From contig CAXXTB010000002.1 of assembly GCA_963676795.2 (NCBI GenBank), positions 1,632,001 through 1,696,000 on the forward strand: a stretch of DNA of 64,000 nt, written 5' to 3'. Shown one piece after another: positions 1-10,525 of the stretch. The stretch comes from Geopsychrobacteraceae bacterium (GTDB lineage: Bacteria; Desulfobacterota; Desulfuromonadia; Desulfuromonadales; Geopsychrobacteraceae). A program made the translations under genes and the position numbers. How positions within the stretch are numbered: the first letter of the stretch is position 1; the number at the start of each line of letters is the position of its first letter. The notes beneath the pieces were generated by a model. It saw only the letters and a list, made by a program, of their open reading frames with translations. It was not told the DNA's origin and made no database searches.

Positions 1-3000
1 ACCATTATGACCGATCCGGATTTTGCCGACCGGACCTATATAGAACCGGTTACCCCGGAAGTTCTGGCCAAGATCATCGAGAAAGAGCGCCCCTGTGCCG
101 TGCTGCCGACCCTCGGTGGCCAGACCGCGCTGAACACAGCTGTGGCCGTTGCTGAGGCCGGTGTCCTCGACAAGTTTGGTGTCGAACTGATCGGTGCCAA
201 ACTCGGTCCGATCAAAAAGGCTGAAGACCGCACCCTGTTCAAGCAGGCGATGGAAAAGATCGGCGTAGCCGTCCCGCGTTCCGGCCTGGCTCACAACCAT
301 CAGGAAGCGATGGAGATCATCGAATACATCGGCTTTCCCGCGATTATCCGCCCGTCCTTCACCCTGGGCGGAACCGGTGGTGGAATCGCCTATAATCTCG
401 AAGAGTACGAGCAGATGGCCCTGGCCGGTATCGATGCATCGCCAACCGATGAAATTCTCGTCGAGGAGTCGGTCATCGGCTGGAAAGAGTATGAGCTCGA
501 AGTCATGCGCGATACGGCTGATAACGTTGTTATCATCTGTTCCATCGAAAACTTCGATGCTATGGGCGTCCATACCGGTGACTCGATCACCATCGCTCCG
601 GCCCAGACCCTGACCGATAAGGAATACCAGCTGCTGCGTGATGCGGCGCTCAAGATCATCCGCGAGATCGGTGTCGATACCGGTGGTTCCAATATCCAGT
701 TTGGTATCAACCCGGCCAACGGCCGGATGGTCGTCATCGAGATGAACCCAAGGGTTTCCCGTTCTTCGGCACTGGCCTCCAAGGCGACCGGCTTCCCGAT
801 CGCCAAGATCGCCGCCAAGCTGTCGGTTGGTTACCGTCTGGATGAGATTCAGAACGACATCACCCGCGAGACCCTGGCCTCCTTCGAGCCGACCATCGAC
901 TATGTTGTCACCAAGGTGCCGCGCTTTACCTTTGAGAAATTCCCGCAGGCTGACGCGACCCTGACAACCCAGATGAAATCGGTCGGTGAGGCGATGGCAA
1001 TCGGCCGGACCTTTAAAGAGAGCCTGCAGAAAGCCCTGCGTTCCCTCGAGATCGGTTCACACGGTTTTGAGAGCCGGATCTTCAGTGAGCCTGACGGCTA
1101 CGACCGCGAAATCAGCGAAGCGGAACGCGACAAGATCAGCCACAGTCTGCGCGTCCCGGGCTGGGACCGCATCTGGTACATCGCCGATGCCTTCCGTGCC
1201 GGATTCAGCGTGGAGGAGGTGCATAACCTCTGCAAGGTTGACCCCTGGTTCCTTTCGCACATTGCCCAACTGGTCGAGATCGAGAAGAGCCTCGTTGCTG
1301 GCAAAGGCAAGCTTATTGCCAAAGATGCAACAGCTGAAGAGTTCCTGCGTGAGGCCAAGCAGTTCGGTTTTTCCGACAAGCGCCTGGCCCTGTTGTGGGG
1401 GATGAAGGAAGATGCCGTCCGTGAACTGCGTCACGAACTGAAGGTTCTGCCGGTCTACAAGCGCGTCGACACCTGCGCCGCCGAGTTTGAGGCCTTTACG
1501 CCATACCTCTACTCGACCTATGAAAGCGAATGTGAAGCTGAGCCGACCGACAAGCGCAAGATCATGATCCTGGGTGGCGGTCCGAACCGGATCGGCCAGG
1601 GGATCGAGTTCGATTACTGCTGTGTTCACGGTGCCTTCTCACTGTCTGACTCCGGCTTTGAAACCATCATGGTCAACTGTAACCCGGAAACGGTTTCAAC
1701 CGATTACGACACTTCGGATCGTCTCTACTTCGAGCCACTGACCCTGGAAGACGTGCTCTCGATCGTCGCCGTTGAAAAACCGGAGGGCGTCATCGTCCAG
1801 TACGGTGGTCAGACCCCGCTGAAACTGGCGGTTGCCCTGGAAAAGGCCGGAGTACCGATTATCGGCACCTCTCCGGATGCCATCGACCGGGCCGAAGACC
1901 GTGAGCGCTTCCAGGCGCTGCTCAACAAGTTGAACCTGATCCAGCCGGATAACGGTATCGCACGTTCCTTTGAGGAAGCGGAAGTCATTGCCGAGCGAAT
2001 TGGTTATCCGGTTGTTGTGCGGCCTTCGTACGTGCTTGGTGGCCGGGCCATGGAGATTGTCTACGATGTTGAGCGTCTGCGCAACTACATGAAGTTTGCC
2101 GTTGACGCCTCGCCGGAGCACCCGATCCTGATCGACAAGTTCCTGCAGCACGCCATTGAGGTTGATGTCGATGCCCTGTGCGATGGCAAGGATGTCGTCA
2201 TCGGCGGGATCATGCAGCATATTGAAGAAGCCGGCATCCACTCCGGTGACTCGGCCTGCTCGTTGCCTCCTTACTCATTGCCGCAGGAGATCATTGCCGA
2301 GATCCGGCGTCAGACCATCGCCCTGGCACTGGAGCTGCAGGTTGTCGGGTTGATGAACATCCAGTATGCTGTCAAAGACGGAACCATCTTCCTCATCGAA
2401 GTCAATCCACGTGCCAGCCGTACTGTGCCGTTTGTTTCCAAGGCAACCGGACGCCCACTGGCTCAGATTGCGGCCAAGGTCATGGCCGGTATGAGCCTGT
2501 CGGAGCAGGGAATTGAGGGGGATATCATCCCGGAATATATCTCCGTCAAGGAAGCGGTCTTCCCGTTTGTTAAATTCCCGGGCGTCGACACGCTGCTCGG
2601 ACCGGAAATGAAATCGACTGGGGAAGTCATGGGGATCGACTATGATTTCGGCAAGGCCTTTGCCAAAGCCCAGCAGGGTGCCGGGGTCAAGTTGCCGATC
2701 TCCGGAAAGATCTTTGTCAGTGTCAAAGACGCCGACAAGGAAGAAATTCTCGAGTCGACCAGGAAACTGGTCAAGGCCGGTTTCACCATCGTCGCCACCG
2801 GCGGTACTGCGACCTACCTCAATGAAAACGGTGTTGCAGCGGAACGGATCAACAAGGTCAAGGAAGGCCGTCCTCATTGTGTTGATGCCATAAAGAGCCG
2901 TGAAATCGCAATGGTTTTCAATACGACTCTGGGTGCACAGTCGGTCACCGATTCCTATTCGATCCGCCGTTCTGCGCTGATGAACGAAGTCGCCTACTTC

Positions 3001-3096
3001 ACCACCGTCGCCGGAATCGATGCGGTAACCGACGGTATTTTGGCCATGTTGAGAGAAAATCTTGACGTTAAGCCGTTGCAAGAGTATCATACTTGA
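1..3096 (+). CDS. carB: Carbamoyl-phosphate synthase large subunit (5' end outside window)
   Basis: Two ATP-grasp halves ([37 protein letters not shown]) and a C-terminal MGS-like domain. The ORF begins at the internal motif TIMTDP, so it is partial. Confidence 0.98.
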   Translation, partial: TIMTDPDFADRTYIEPVTPEVLAKIIEKERPCAVLPTLGGQTALNTAVAVAEAGVLDKFGVELIGAKLGPIKKAEDRTLFKQAMEKIGVAVPRSGLAHNHQEAMEIIEYIGFPAIIRPSFTLGGTGGGIAYNLEEYEQMALAGIDASPTDEILVEESVIGWKEYELEVMRDTADNVVIICSIENFDAMGVHTGDSITIAPAQTLTDKEYQLLRDAALKIIREIGVDTGGSNIQFGINPANGRMVVIEMNPRVSRSSALASKATGFPIAKIAAKLSVGYRLDEIQNDITRETLASFEPTIDYVVTKVPRFTFEKFPQADATLTTQMKSVGEAMAIGRTFKESLQKALRSLEIGSHGFESRIFSEPDGYDREISEAERDKISHSLRVPGWDRIWYIADAFRAGFSVEEVHNLCKVDPWFLSHIAQLVEIEKSLVAGKGKLIAKDATAEEFLREAKQFGFSDKRLALLWGMKEDAVRELRHELKVLPVYKRVDTCAAEFEAFTPYLYSTYESECEAEPTDKRKIMILGGGPNRIGQGIEFDYCCVHGAFSLSDSGFETIMVNCNPETVSTDYDTSDRLYFEPLTLEDVLSIVAVEKPEGVIVQYGGQTPLKLAVALEKAGVPIIGTSPDAIDRAEDRERFQALLNKLNLIQPDNGIARSFEEAEVIAERIGYPVVVRPSYVLGGRAMEIVYDVERLRNYMKFAVDASPEHPILIDKFLQHAIEVDVDALCDGKDVVIGGIMQHIEEAGIHSGDSACSLPPYSLPQEIIAEIRRQTIALALELQVVGLMNIQYAVKDGTIFLIEVNPRASRTVPFVSKATGRPLAQIAAKVMAGMSLSEQGIEGDIIPEYISVKEAVFPFVKFPGVDTLLGPEMKSTGEVMGIDYDFGKAFAKAQQGAGVKLPISGKIFVSVKDADKEEILESTRKLVKAGFTIVATGGTATYLNENGVAAERINKVKEGRPHCVDAIKSREIAMVFNTTLGAQSVTDSYSIRRSALMNEVAYFTTVAGIDAVTDGILAMLRENLDVKPLQEYHT
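3062..3090 (+). promoter_or_regulatory. Putative sigma70 promoter for greA inside the 3' end of carB
   Basis: TTGACG-17 nt-TATCAT. Confidence 0.55.
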
Positions 3097-3120
3097 ATTA
3101 GCAAATTCATAGAACATTGC

Positions 3121-3154
3121 CAGTGGGCGGGTTTTTCCCGCCCGCTGTTTTTTT
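3121..3154 (+). terminator. Intrinsic terminator between carB and greA
   Basis: CAGTGGGCGGG-TTTTT-CCCGCCCGCTG stem-loop followed by T7. Confidence 0.85.
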
Positions 3155-3168
3155 GAGGAGTTATACAA

Positions 3169-3645
3169 ATGAGTGGATCGGTCCCAATGACCGCTGAAGG
3201 TTATCAGCGCTTACAGGATGAGCTGAAACATCTTATTCGTGTTGAACGCCCCAAGGTCGTTCAGGATATCGCCGAAGCTCGCAGCCATGGTGATCTGTCT
3301 GAAAACGCCGAATACGACGCAGCGAAAGATCGTCAGGGTTTTATCGAAGGACGTATCCAGGAGCTGAACAACAAGATCGCGATGGCCCAGGTCATCGACC
3401 CGAAGACCATCAACAGTGACAAGATTGTTTTTGGTGCCAAGGTGACCCTGTTTGATATCGATACCGAAAAGGAAGTCAGCTATCAGATCGTCGGTGAGGA
3501 TGAGGCCGATATCAAGGTCGGCAAGATTTCGATTACCTCTCCAGTCGGTAAGGCCCTGATCGGCCATCGTGTCGATGAAGAGGTCAGAATCATAGTTCCA
3601 TCCGGTATGAAGGTCTACGAAGTCACAGATATCGTGTATAGCTGA
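3169..3645 (+). CDS. greA: Transcription elongation factor GreA
   Basis: HGDLSENAEYDAAK and ISITSPVGKALIG motifs; GAGGAG RBS. Confidence 0.98.
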   Translation: MSGSVPMTAEGYQRLQDELKHLIRVERPKVVQDIAEARSHGDLSENAEYDAAKDRQGFIEGRIQELNNKIAMAQVIDPKTINSDKIVFGAKVTLFDIDTEKEVSYQIVGEDEADIKVGKISITSPVGKALIGHRVDEEVRIIVPSGMKVYEVTDIVYS

Positions 3646-3730
3646 CTTGCATAATACGCCGTGTGGAGTCACTTGATTTCTTGTTCGATCTGTTGCAGAG
3701 TTTTCAGTGTAGATTATGTTGGAGGATGTT

Positions 3731-3934
3731 ATGGGGCAAAAAATTTCCAGAGAAATGACCTTTAATTATATTCTTGAGCATTTTCCCGAGACGGCTGAAG
3801 TCCTTGAGCGCTTTAATCTGGATTGTGCCGGATGCATGGGAGCCATGACCGAATCTATTGCGGACGGAGCCCGGGCTCACGGACTGAATGCTGACGAAGT
3901 TCTCGCAGCATTGAACGCTGCCGTGGAAGACTAG
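3731..3934 (+). CDS. DUF1858 / hybrid-cluster-associated redox disulfide domain protein
   Basis: PETAEVL..F.LDCAGC..A..ESI..GA..HG pattern; GGAGG RBS before ATG 3731. Confidence 0.8.
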   Translation: MGQKISREMTFNYILEHFPETAEVLERFNLDCAGCMGAMTESIADGARAHGLNADEVLAALNAAVED

Positions 3935-3943
3935 CGACAGCAG

Positions 3944-6094
3944 ATGTCAGCTGCTGCCCCGCACCCAACCGCCAGGCAACTGCAACAAAGCATCAGTACC
4001 ATCAAAGGTGTCGGTCCCCGCATGCTCCCCAAATTGGGCAAACTGGGGATCGCCACCATTGAAGATGCACTCTATCATTTACCCACCCGCTACGAAGATC
4101 GCCGTCAGCTCAAACCGATCGGTCAACTGGTCACCGGAATTCAGGAGGTTTTCGTCGCTACCGTTCTGGCTGCCGGCGAAACATGTACCTCGCGCAGTCG
4201 GCGTAAACTCTATGAAGTCATCGTCGGAGATCCAAGCGGAAAAGTTTCACTCAAATGGTTTCGCTACCGTAAGCTCTGGCTGCAGAAGCAATTTCCTGTA
4301 GGCCAGAAACTGCTCATCATTGGTGAGGTGAAACGTTTTTCCGGAATTCGCGAGATCCATCATCCTGAGGTAGAACGGATTGATAAGGAGACAGATGCCG
4401 ACAGTCTGCTGGCCAATGATTCCGTGAACTTTGGCCGAATCCTGCCTGTATACCCATTAACCGAAGGCTTGTCACAGAAGCAGGTGAGAAAGATCTGGTT
4501 TCCACTTGTTCAGCAATATGCTGAGCTGCTTCCCAGCTTTGTCCCGCCCGCCATTCTTAGACGTTACCGATTTCTTTCAATGTCCAAGGCCCTAGAGCAG
4601 ATCCATTGGCCGGATAACCAGGTCAGCATCGACACGCTCAATAGGGGCCAGGACCTGGCACGACAATCGCTGGTTTATGATGAATTCTTTTTCCTCGAAC
4701 TCGGCCTGGCCTTGAAAAGGGCAGGGGTCGAACTGGAGCAGGGGATTGCATTTTCATTTGACCACAAATACACATTGCCACTCAGCAAGATACTTCCCTT
4801 TAAATTGACCGACGCTCAGCGACGTGTTCTGGGTGAAATCAAGCGTGACATGATGGGAGCGACACCGATGCACCGCCTTCTTCAGGGGGATGTCGGCAGC
4901 GGCAAAACGCTGGTCGCCTTGATGTCCGCACTGATCGCCATAGAAAACAGCGCTCAGGTAGCCGTTATTGCCCCCACCGAGATATTGGCGGAACAGCACT
5001 ATAAATTCTTCTCAACCTGGCTGGAAAAACTGGAGCTTAAAGCCGGTCTGTTGCAAGGGAGCATGACGGCTGCAGCTAAGAAGCAGCTCTATGCACAGAT
5101 CTCATCCGGAGAAATCGATCTGATTGTCGGGACCCACGCCGTCCTGCAGCACGGGGTTGAATTTAAACATCTCGGCCTTGGCATCATAGATGAACAACAC
5201 AGATTCGGGGTCCGCCAGCGCAGTATACTCAAACACAAAGGGGAAAACCCTGACATTCTGGTCATGACGGCGACACCAATTCCCCGCACCCTGTCAATGA
5301 CACTCTATGGAGACCTGGCAGTATCGGTTATCGATCAGTTGCCCCCTGGCAGAAAACCAGTGACGACCAGGCTGTTTCGCTCAAGACATCGGGAAAGAGC
5401 CTACGATCTGATCCGCAACGAGTTGAGGGCAGGGCGTCAGGCCTATGTTGTTTACCCACTCGTTGAGGAATCAGAAAAATCGGATCTTCAGGCCGCAACG
5501 GTCGCGGCAGAAATACTGGCTAACGAGGTGTTCTCCGAGTTTCGCATCGGCTTGCTGCACGGACAGATGAAAAGTGCCGAAAAAGATGCAATCATGCAGA
5601 AATTCAGGGCTAACGAGGTGCAGTTGCTGGTGGCAACCACCGTCATTGAAGTTGGAGTGGATGTGCCCAATGCAACGGTCATGCTGATTGAACATGCCGA
5701 GCGGTTCGGTCTGTCGCAGCTTCATCAGCTCAGGGGACGCGTCGGCAGAGGGGCGGATAAAAGTTACTGCCTGTTGATCCCTTCTGAAAACTACAGTGAA
5801 GATGCTGGCAGACGTCTGCAGGTTATGGTCGATACTGAAGATGGATTTCGCCTCGCCGAAGCGGATCTTGAAATCCGTGGACCGGGTGATTTTCTTGGTA
5901 CCCGCCAGGCTGGACTTCCTGATTTTCGTGTCGCCAATATCCTGAAAGATCAGAGACTTCTGGAATTGGCACGGCAGGATGCCTTTGATTATGTCAACCA
6001 GACGAACCAGTTACAAACAGAGGACGCTGTCGCCGTCAGGGAAGAATTAATTCGTCGCTGGGGAGGGCGACTGGAACTTGCATCGATAGGCTGA
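3944..6094 (+). CDS. recG: ATP-dependent DNA helicase RecG
   Basis: LQGDVGSGKT, DEQHRFG, MTATPIPRTL, QLHQLRGRVGRG and DLEIRGPG motifs. Confidence 0.98.
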   Translation: MSAAAPHPTARQLQQSISTIKGVGPRMLPKLGKLGIATIEDALYHLPTRYEDRRQLKPIGQLVTGIQEVFVATVLAAGETCTSRSRRKLYEVIVGDPSGKVSLKWFRYRKLWLQKQFPVGQKLLIIGEVKRFSGIREIHHPEVERIDKETDADSLLANDSVNFGRILPVYPLTEGLSQKQVRKIWFPLVQQYAELLPSFVPPAILRRYRFLSMSKALEQIHWPDNQVSIDTLNRGQDLARQSLVYDEFFFLELGLALKRAGVELEQGIAFSFDHKYTLPLSKILPFKLTDAQRRVLGEIKRDMMGATPMHRLLQGDVGSGKTLVALMSALIAIENSAQVAVIAPTEILAEQHYKFFSTWLEKLELKAGLLQGSMTAAAKKQLYAQISSGEIDLIVGTHAVLQHGVEFKHLGLGIIDEQHRFGVRQRSILKHKGENPDILVMTATPIPRTLSMTLYGDLAVSVIDQLPPGRKPVTTRLFRSRHRERAYDLIRNELRAGRQAYVVYPLVEESEKSDLQAATVAAEILANEVFSEFRIGLLHGQMKSAEKDAIMQKFRANEVQLLVATTVIEVGVDVPNATVMLIEHAERFGLSQLHQLRGRVGRGADKSYCLLIPSENYSEDAGRRLQVMVDTEDGFRLAEADLEIRGPGDFLGTRQAGLPDFRVANILKDQRLLELARQDAFDYVNQTNQLQTEDAVAVREELIRRWGGRLELASIG

Positions 6095-6151
6095 TATGAT
6101 AACCAAATGAGTAAACCTAGTTTTTCAACAGCCTGTAGCAACGGAGCGGTT

Positions 6152-7114
6152 ATGAAAGCAATCAGGGTCAATGAGTTTGGTGAACCGGCGGTCATGCAAC
6201 TTGAAGAGGTGCAGGAACCAGCGATTCAGGATCAGCAGATCTATATCGACGTCAAAGCGATCGGAGTGAATCCGGTTGATACCTATATCCGTTCTGGAAC
6301 CTATCCAGCTAAGCCAGCATTGCCATATACACCTGGTCACGATGCGGCTGGAATCGTCACAAAAGTCGGACGCGCGGTAACCAAGTTCAAGGTCGGCGAT
6401 CGTGTCTATTCTTACCGGACTGTCAGTGGCAGCTACGCGCAGGCCATGGTCTGTCATGAAGACCAGGCTTTTTTACTCCCCGAAGACATCGGTTTTGATC
6501 TGGGGGCCGCTCTTGGAGTCGCTTATTCAACAGCGTTTTTTGCCATGATGCATCGCGGCTGTGCACGTCCCGGAGAAACCGTCCTGGTCCATGGCGGCAG
6601 CGGAACCGTCGGCCTTGCGGCTATTCAATATGCCAAACAGCTTGGCATGACCGTTATCGCAACCGCGGGAACCGAGGCGGGAATCAAGTTTTTACAGGAT
6701 CATGGCTGCGATCATGTTGCAAACCATCATGATTCAGATTATTGCGAAGCAATCATGATGGCAACCGGTGGCCGCGGCGTCGATCTGATCCTTGAAATGC
6801 TCGCTAACGTCAATCTGGATAAAGATCTCAAAATGCTGGCTCACTCTGGCCGCGTTGTCATCATCGGCAATCGTGGTACGATTGAAATCAACCCACGCGA
6901 CACCATGGGCAAAAATACGTCGATCATTGGACTGGCCGTTATGAACGCAACATCGCAACAGCTTGGCGAGATTCACGCTCTGCTGCATGCCGGTTTGACA
7001 GATGGTCGATTCAAACCAGTGATCAGCAAAGCATACTCCCTGGCAGAAGCAGCACAAGCCCATCACCAGGTCATGCAGCCCGGCAACAATGGAAAAATTA
7101 TCATGATGCCATAA
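6152..7114 (+). CDS. NADPH:quinone reductase (zeta-crystallin/MDR family)
   Basis: MKAIRV..FG.P, GVNPVD, VLVHGGSGTVG and GKII motifs; start moved to ATG 6152 after GGAG. Confidence 0.9.
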   Translation: MKAIRVNEFGEPAVMQLEEVQEPAIQDQQIYIDVKAIGVNPVDTYIRSGTYPAKPALPYTPGHDAAGIVTKVGRAVTKFKVGDRVYSYRTVSGSYAQAMVCHEDQAFLLPEDIGFDLGAALGVAYSTAFFAMMHRGCARPGETVLVHGGSGTVGLAAIQYAKQLGMTVIATAGTEAGIKFLQDHGCDHVANHHDSDYCEAIMMATGGRGVDLILEMLANVNLDKDLKMLAHSGRVVIIGNRGTIEINPRDTMGKNTSIIGLAVMNATSQQLGEIHALLHAGLTDGRFKPVISKAYSLAEAAQAHHQVMQPGNNGKIIMMP

Positions 7115-7307
7115 CTCGACATTCTCAGGGCATACCCAGCAGGGCCACCAAGAGATCGTCGCTTAGAAGTTAAATATGGAGCTCGACTTTTTTCATGAAA
7201 TTCAGTGAAATTGTTAAATTCAGTAATTGAACTTTATGTTTAAAGATCCAGAAATATCAAAAAAGATGACGAACACACACCAAGGAAGTCGCAGGTTCAC
7301 ATTTTCT

Positions 7308-7335
7308 AGTTTACATAATACAAATTATGCGACGT
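7308..7335 (-). other. dif site (XerC/XerD chromosome dimer resolution site)
   Basis: Minus strand reads ACGTCGCATAA-TTTGTA-TTATGTAAACT (11-6-11 layout, XerD arm identical to the B. subtilis-type TTATGTAAACT). Gene orientation and KOPS polarity flip here. Confidence 0.85.
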
Positions 7336-7368
7336 TGAACATTTAACACGTCGTAGTGGGGTCAATCA

Positions 7369-7794
7369 GTGACTTCACTGATAACCTCCCTCCACCAGTC
7401 GCTTGAGATAACCCCTCTCGATAATGACCAGGTCCAGGTCACTGTCGTTCTTCCGTCTGATCTGCTTAATAGCTATCAGTCACTCCTTGAATCCCTGATC
7501 GGTTTTGTCAGTCATATCAATCATGAGAAACACCATCAGCGTCTTAGGGCTGCTGCGGATCTCTCCGTTAAGGCCGTTCTCTCCAAAGCTGACTATCACA
7601 AACGACTGGTCAAGTCCTACGATGACTATACAGCTTCGGGCCTCTCTCGCACCGATGCTATTAGGCGGATCTCTGCCGACCTGAGCAAAGAGAAACATCC
7701 TTGGGCCGGTGTCGATCTTGTGCGCAAATCCCTTATTGAAGCTGGCCGCTCTGGTCGTGTTGGTCGTCCTTCCTCTCGGAGAAACGAACCATGA
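7369..7794 (+). CDS. Hypothetical protein, probably from a dif-integrated phage/plasmid remnant
   Basis: 141-aa ORF starting 34 bp after dif, with many pyrimidine-ending codons; overlaps the next ORF by ATGA. Confidence 0.55.
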   Translation: MTSLITSLHQSLEITPLDNDQVQVTVVLPSDLLNSYQSLLESLIGFVSHINHEKHHQRLRAAADLSVKAVLSKADYHKRLVKSYDDYTASGLSRTDAIRRISADLSKEKHPWAGVDLVRKSLIEAGRSGRVGRPSSRRNEP

Positions 7795-7880
7795 TGGCGG
7801 CGCGTGGAGACGGTGGCCGGCCAGTCATGGATGCGCCTACCCTTCAGGGGACGTCTTGTAACACGCCCCCGCTAAATACC

Positions 7881-8157
7881 TCAGTCCTGATGCCCAACTA
7901 CGCGTTGGCTGAACAGGTCAGTTTTAACGACTCGGATATCAAGGCGAACTACAGCCTGTTTGATTCACCGCTGAGGCACGGTGAAGGTCGAGGGTATCTG
8001 GTCACACCGACAAATAGCAGTGCTGCCCTTCCAGCAGTACTGGTCATTCATGAAAACCGAGGCCTCAATCTCTATATCAAAGATGTCGCCCGAGAGGGAT
8101 TCCTGGCTTTTGCTCCGGACGCTCTGCACCCGATTGGAGGGTATCCGGGCAATGATG
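7881..8157 (+). pseudogene. Dienelactone hydrolase (YghX-like), N-terminal fragment
   Basis: [38 protein letters not shown]. Native start is missing and similarity ends after GND. Confidence 0.8.
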
Positions 8158-8646
8158 GGTTTCTCTAAATAAAGGTACATAACCCACCACAGGAATTTGG
8201 TTTTAACCCAAAAGGCAACTCAACCGTCACATTGGACGGCAAAGTCGTTCGTGGAGTGGTCAAAAGCCGACTTGATATATGTGCTGGCAAGATCAAGCGC
8301 ACGATGTCTTCTCCTGAGCTATTATATTGTAATATCAGCAAAGTAGCCTATATCGGATGCTCAGGAAACATATTAATCCAGCGTATGCCACAGCCTGTTG
8401 ACATTGCCTTGTCACATCTTTGATTGCATAAATCGGAAAGGATTGAGGGAGAAAGTCGATTTGCTCGCAGGATGAAGATCGCACTCTCATGAACAAGATA
8501 TAATTTTTCTGGCCCGATAATCACCACGGTAGCGGCGAACGCACAGATTGAAATCGTGACGTGGAAGAAACTGCAGCAGTTGCCTGAAAACGGTTTGACC
8601 TGAATTCATCGATACCTCCTGCGTTAATGGATGGTATCTCCCCATA

Positions 8647-9262
8647 TTCTACACCATGGACAAGGTCTATACCGATTTCTCGCGACTTTATGCGCTACAT
8701 CAGCAAAGAGGCTTCTTCGTCATCAGGGCAAAAGATAATTTGCGTTACAGACGGATTTATTCCGCAGACAAAGACAAGTCCGCCGGGATCAAAGCAGACC
8801 AGACGATAGTCCTTGTCACTCCTAAATCGAAAAAGGACTATCCGGAAAAGCTCCGTCGGATCAGTTATGTTGACAAAGATCGAAATAAACATCTGGTCTT
8901 TTTGACCAACAATTTTGCGATTTCAGCAGCGACTGTTGCCGAAGTCTATAAACAGCGCTGGCAGGTGGAACTATTTTACAAGTGGGTCAAGCAACACCTG
9001 CGGATCAAATCGTTTCACGGGACATCGATCAACGCTGTGAAGAGCCAGATCTGGGTCGCACTGAGCATTTATCTTCTGGTTGTCATTGCGAAGAAAAAGC
9101 TCAAAATCCCATGCGAGCTCTACACTTTTTTACAGATCCTTGAGGTCAATTTGTTTGAGAAAAAGCCCATTTATTCACTGGTTGCTGATGCCCTCAAGCA
9201 AATTCAAGACCTTCCCGACAGTAACCAGCTGGATTTATTCAGCTATTAACCGGACAGTAGTG
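8647..9262 (+). mobile_element. 5'-truncated IS4-family element (C-terminal DDE transposase fragment 8656-9249 plus right end)
   Basis: MDKVY.DF, FFVIRAK, LVFLTN and YKQRWQVELFYKWVKQHLRIK motifs. Probable terminal IR TTAACCGGACAGTAGTG at 9246-9262; N-terminal half absent. Confidence 0.85.
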
Positions 9263-9423
9263 GTTCCAAAAACAAAAGTTTTCGGGCAACGACTCAAAAA
9301 CATTACTTCACGATCAAACATCGGACATGGGTAGCCTCACCCTAAATCAATATCCTTTTTATGGCGGACAAATGGATTGTGAGCTTTAGCAGAAGCCTTG
9401 ATGCGACCATTTGCATCCCAATC

Positions 9424-10113
9424 TCACATCGTGTTGAAATAAAGAGGTTTTGCCCTTTCTCTTTCACGCAGGCAGGATATCAGTTCTTCAGGGATTTTCT
9501 TCAGACGCTGTTCAATGATCTCATTGTCGGAATACTGTATCCCAGCTTCCACTCCGTACGCGACAAAAGGCTCCAGAACCGTATACCCAACATAGGCCAG
9601 ATTGAAATTTACTGGCCACAGCAGCAGGTCAATGTCACCGCTTCTGCCATTATAGGCATATGTTTCACGACTGGTGCCAACTGTTACCGAAAGCATTGCG
9701 TGTTTGCCTATGTATCGACCATTTTCAAATCTTTTATTGCTTTTGTACACTTCACCATAAATAAAGACACGGTCAAACCATCCTTTAAGCATGGCAGGCG
9801 GGAGATGCCACCACATCGGGTACTGTAGGATAAGCAGATCGGCGGCATCGAGAAGCGCTATTTCCTCTTTAACGTCAGGAGGAATCAGCCCATGCTCACA
9901 GGCGTACCGTTGTTCCGCCTGGACATTGAACCTGTCATGATTCATAGGATTAGCGTAATGACTAGTCCTCTCACAGGGATCAAAGCCTTTTTGGTAAAGG
10001 TCCGTAGTCGAAACAAACCACCCCTGCTGCTCCAGTTCTTTTCTGGCCACATCTGCCAAGTGATGGTTGAATGATTTGGGTTCAGGATGCGCAATGACAA
10101 TATGTGCTTTCAT
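9424..10113 (-). CDS. NAD(P)H-dependent (quinone) oxidoreductase, flavodoxin-2 family; may be truncated by a premature TGA (frame continues to 9337)
   Basis: IAHPEPKSFN, ADLLILQYPMWW, PAMLKGWFDRVF motifs. Confidence 0.85.
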   Translation of the reverse strand: MKAHIVIAHPEPKSFNHHLADVARKELEQQGWFVSTTDLYQKGFDPCERTSHYANPMNHDRFNVQAEQRYACEHGLIPPDVKEEIALLDAADLLILQYPMWWHLPPAMLKGWFDRVFIYGEVYKSNKRFENGRYIGKHAMLSVTVGTSRETYAYNGRSGDIDLLLWPVNFNLAYVGYTVLEPFVAYGVEAGIQYSDNEIIEQRLKKIPEELISCLRERERAKPLYFNTM

Positions 10114-10145
10114 GAGATATCCATTCGGAAAAATTTTTTATTGGA

Positions 10146-10463
10146 TTACAAATAGTCCTTTCTTGGCGGACTGAAAACATCCAATACTTCCCCTGGATCA
10201 ATTGTTTCAATACGATGTTCGACATCGCGAGGAATAGTGTAAGAATCGCCTGGGCCTATTACCTGATAATTATTGCCGAATACAAGTCTATACTTGCCAG
10301 AGATAACATAACCGCTCTGTTCATTTGGATGTTTATGGAATGGCACATTATCTGCTTTTTTATAAAGCATCTTGGCTATCATCGATTCAGGGCCATGTGA
10401 TAACAACAAGAAATCAACCCCAAGAAATTGCCTGTTTTTCGAGTCATCTGATTTGACGATCAT
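10146..10463 (-). CDS. Cupin domain protein
   Basis: PFHKHPNEQSGYVISG and PGDSY.IP..VEH cupin motifs; AAGGAG RBS before ATG 10463. Confidence 0.9.
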   Translation of the reverse strand: MIVKSDDSKNRQFLGVDFLLLSHGPESMIAKMLYKKADNVPFHKHPNEQSGYVISGKYRLVFGNNYQVIGPGDSYTIPRDVEHRIETIDPGEVLDVFSPPRKDYL

Positions 10464-10525
10464 ATCGTCTCCTTTTGTGAGCACAGAATAAATTTATGTT
10501 AATTGGCAGCGATTTCGGTGAATGG

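Noticed and set aside
6088..6136. TTTTTCAACAGCCT resembling an IS/MITE terminal repeat
   Set aside because: No convincing partner repeat or transposase
7791..8168. 125-aa ORF as a real gene
   Set aside because: Chimera of a putative rep stub and a dienelactone hydrolase fragment
8160..8646. Short ORFs in the AT-richer spacer
   Set aside because: No RBS or motif support; probably decayed sequence I cannot identify
10477..10504. Second dif-like site (TTATGTTAATT)
   Set aside because: Only a XerD-like arm; no acceptable XerC arm at 6-bp spacing
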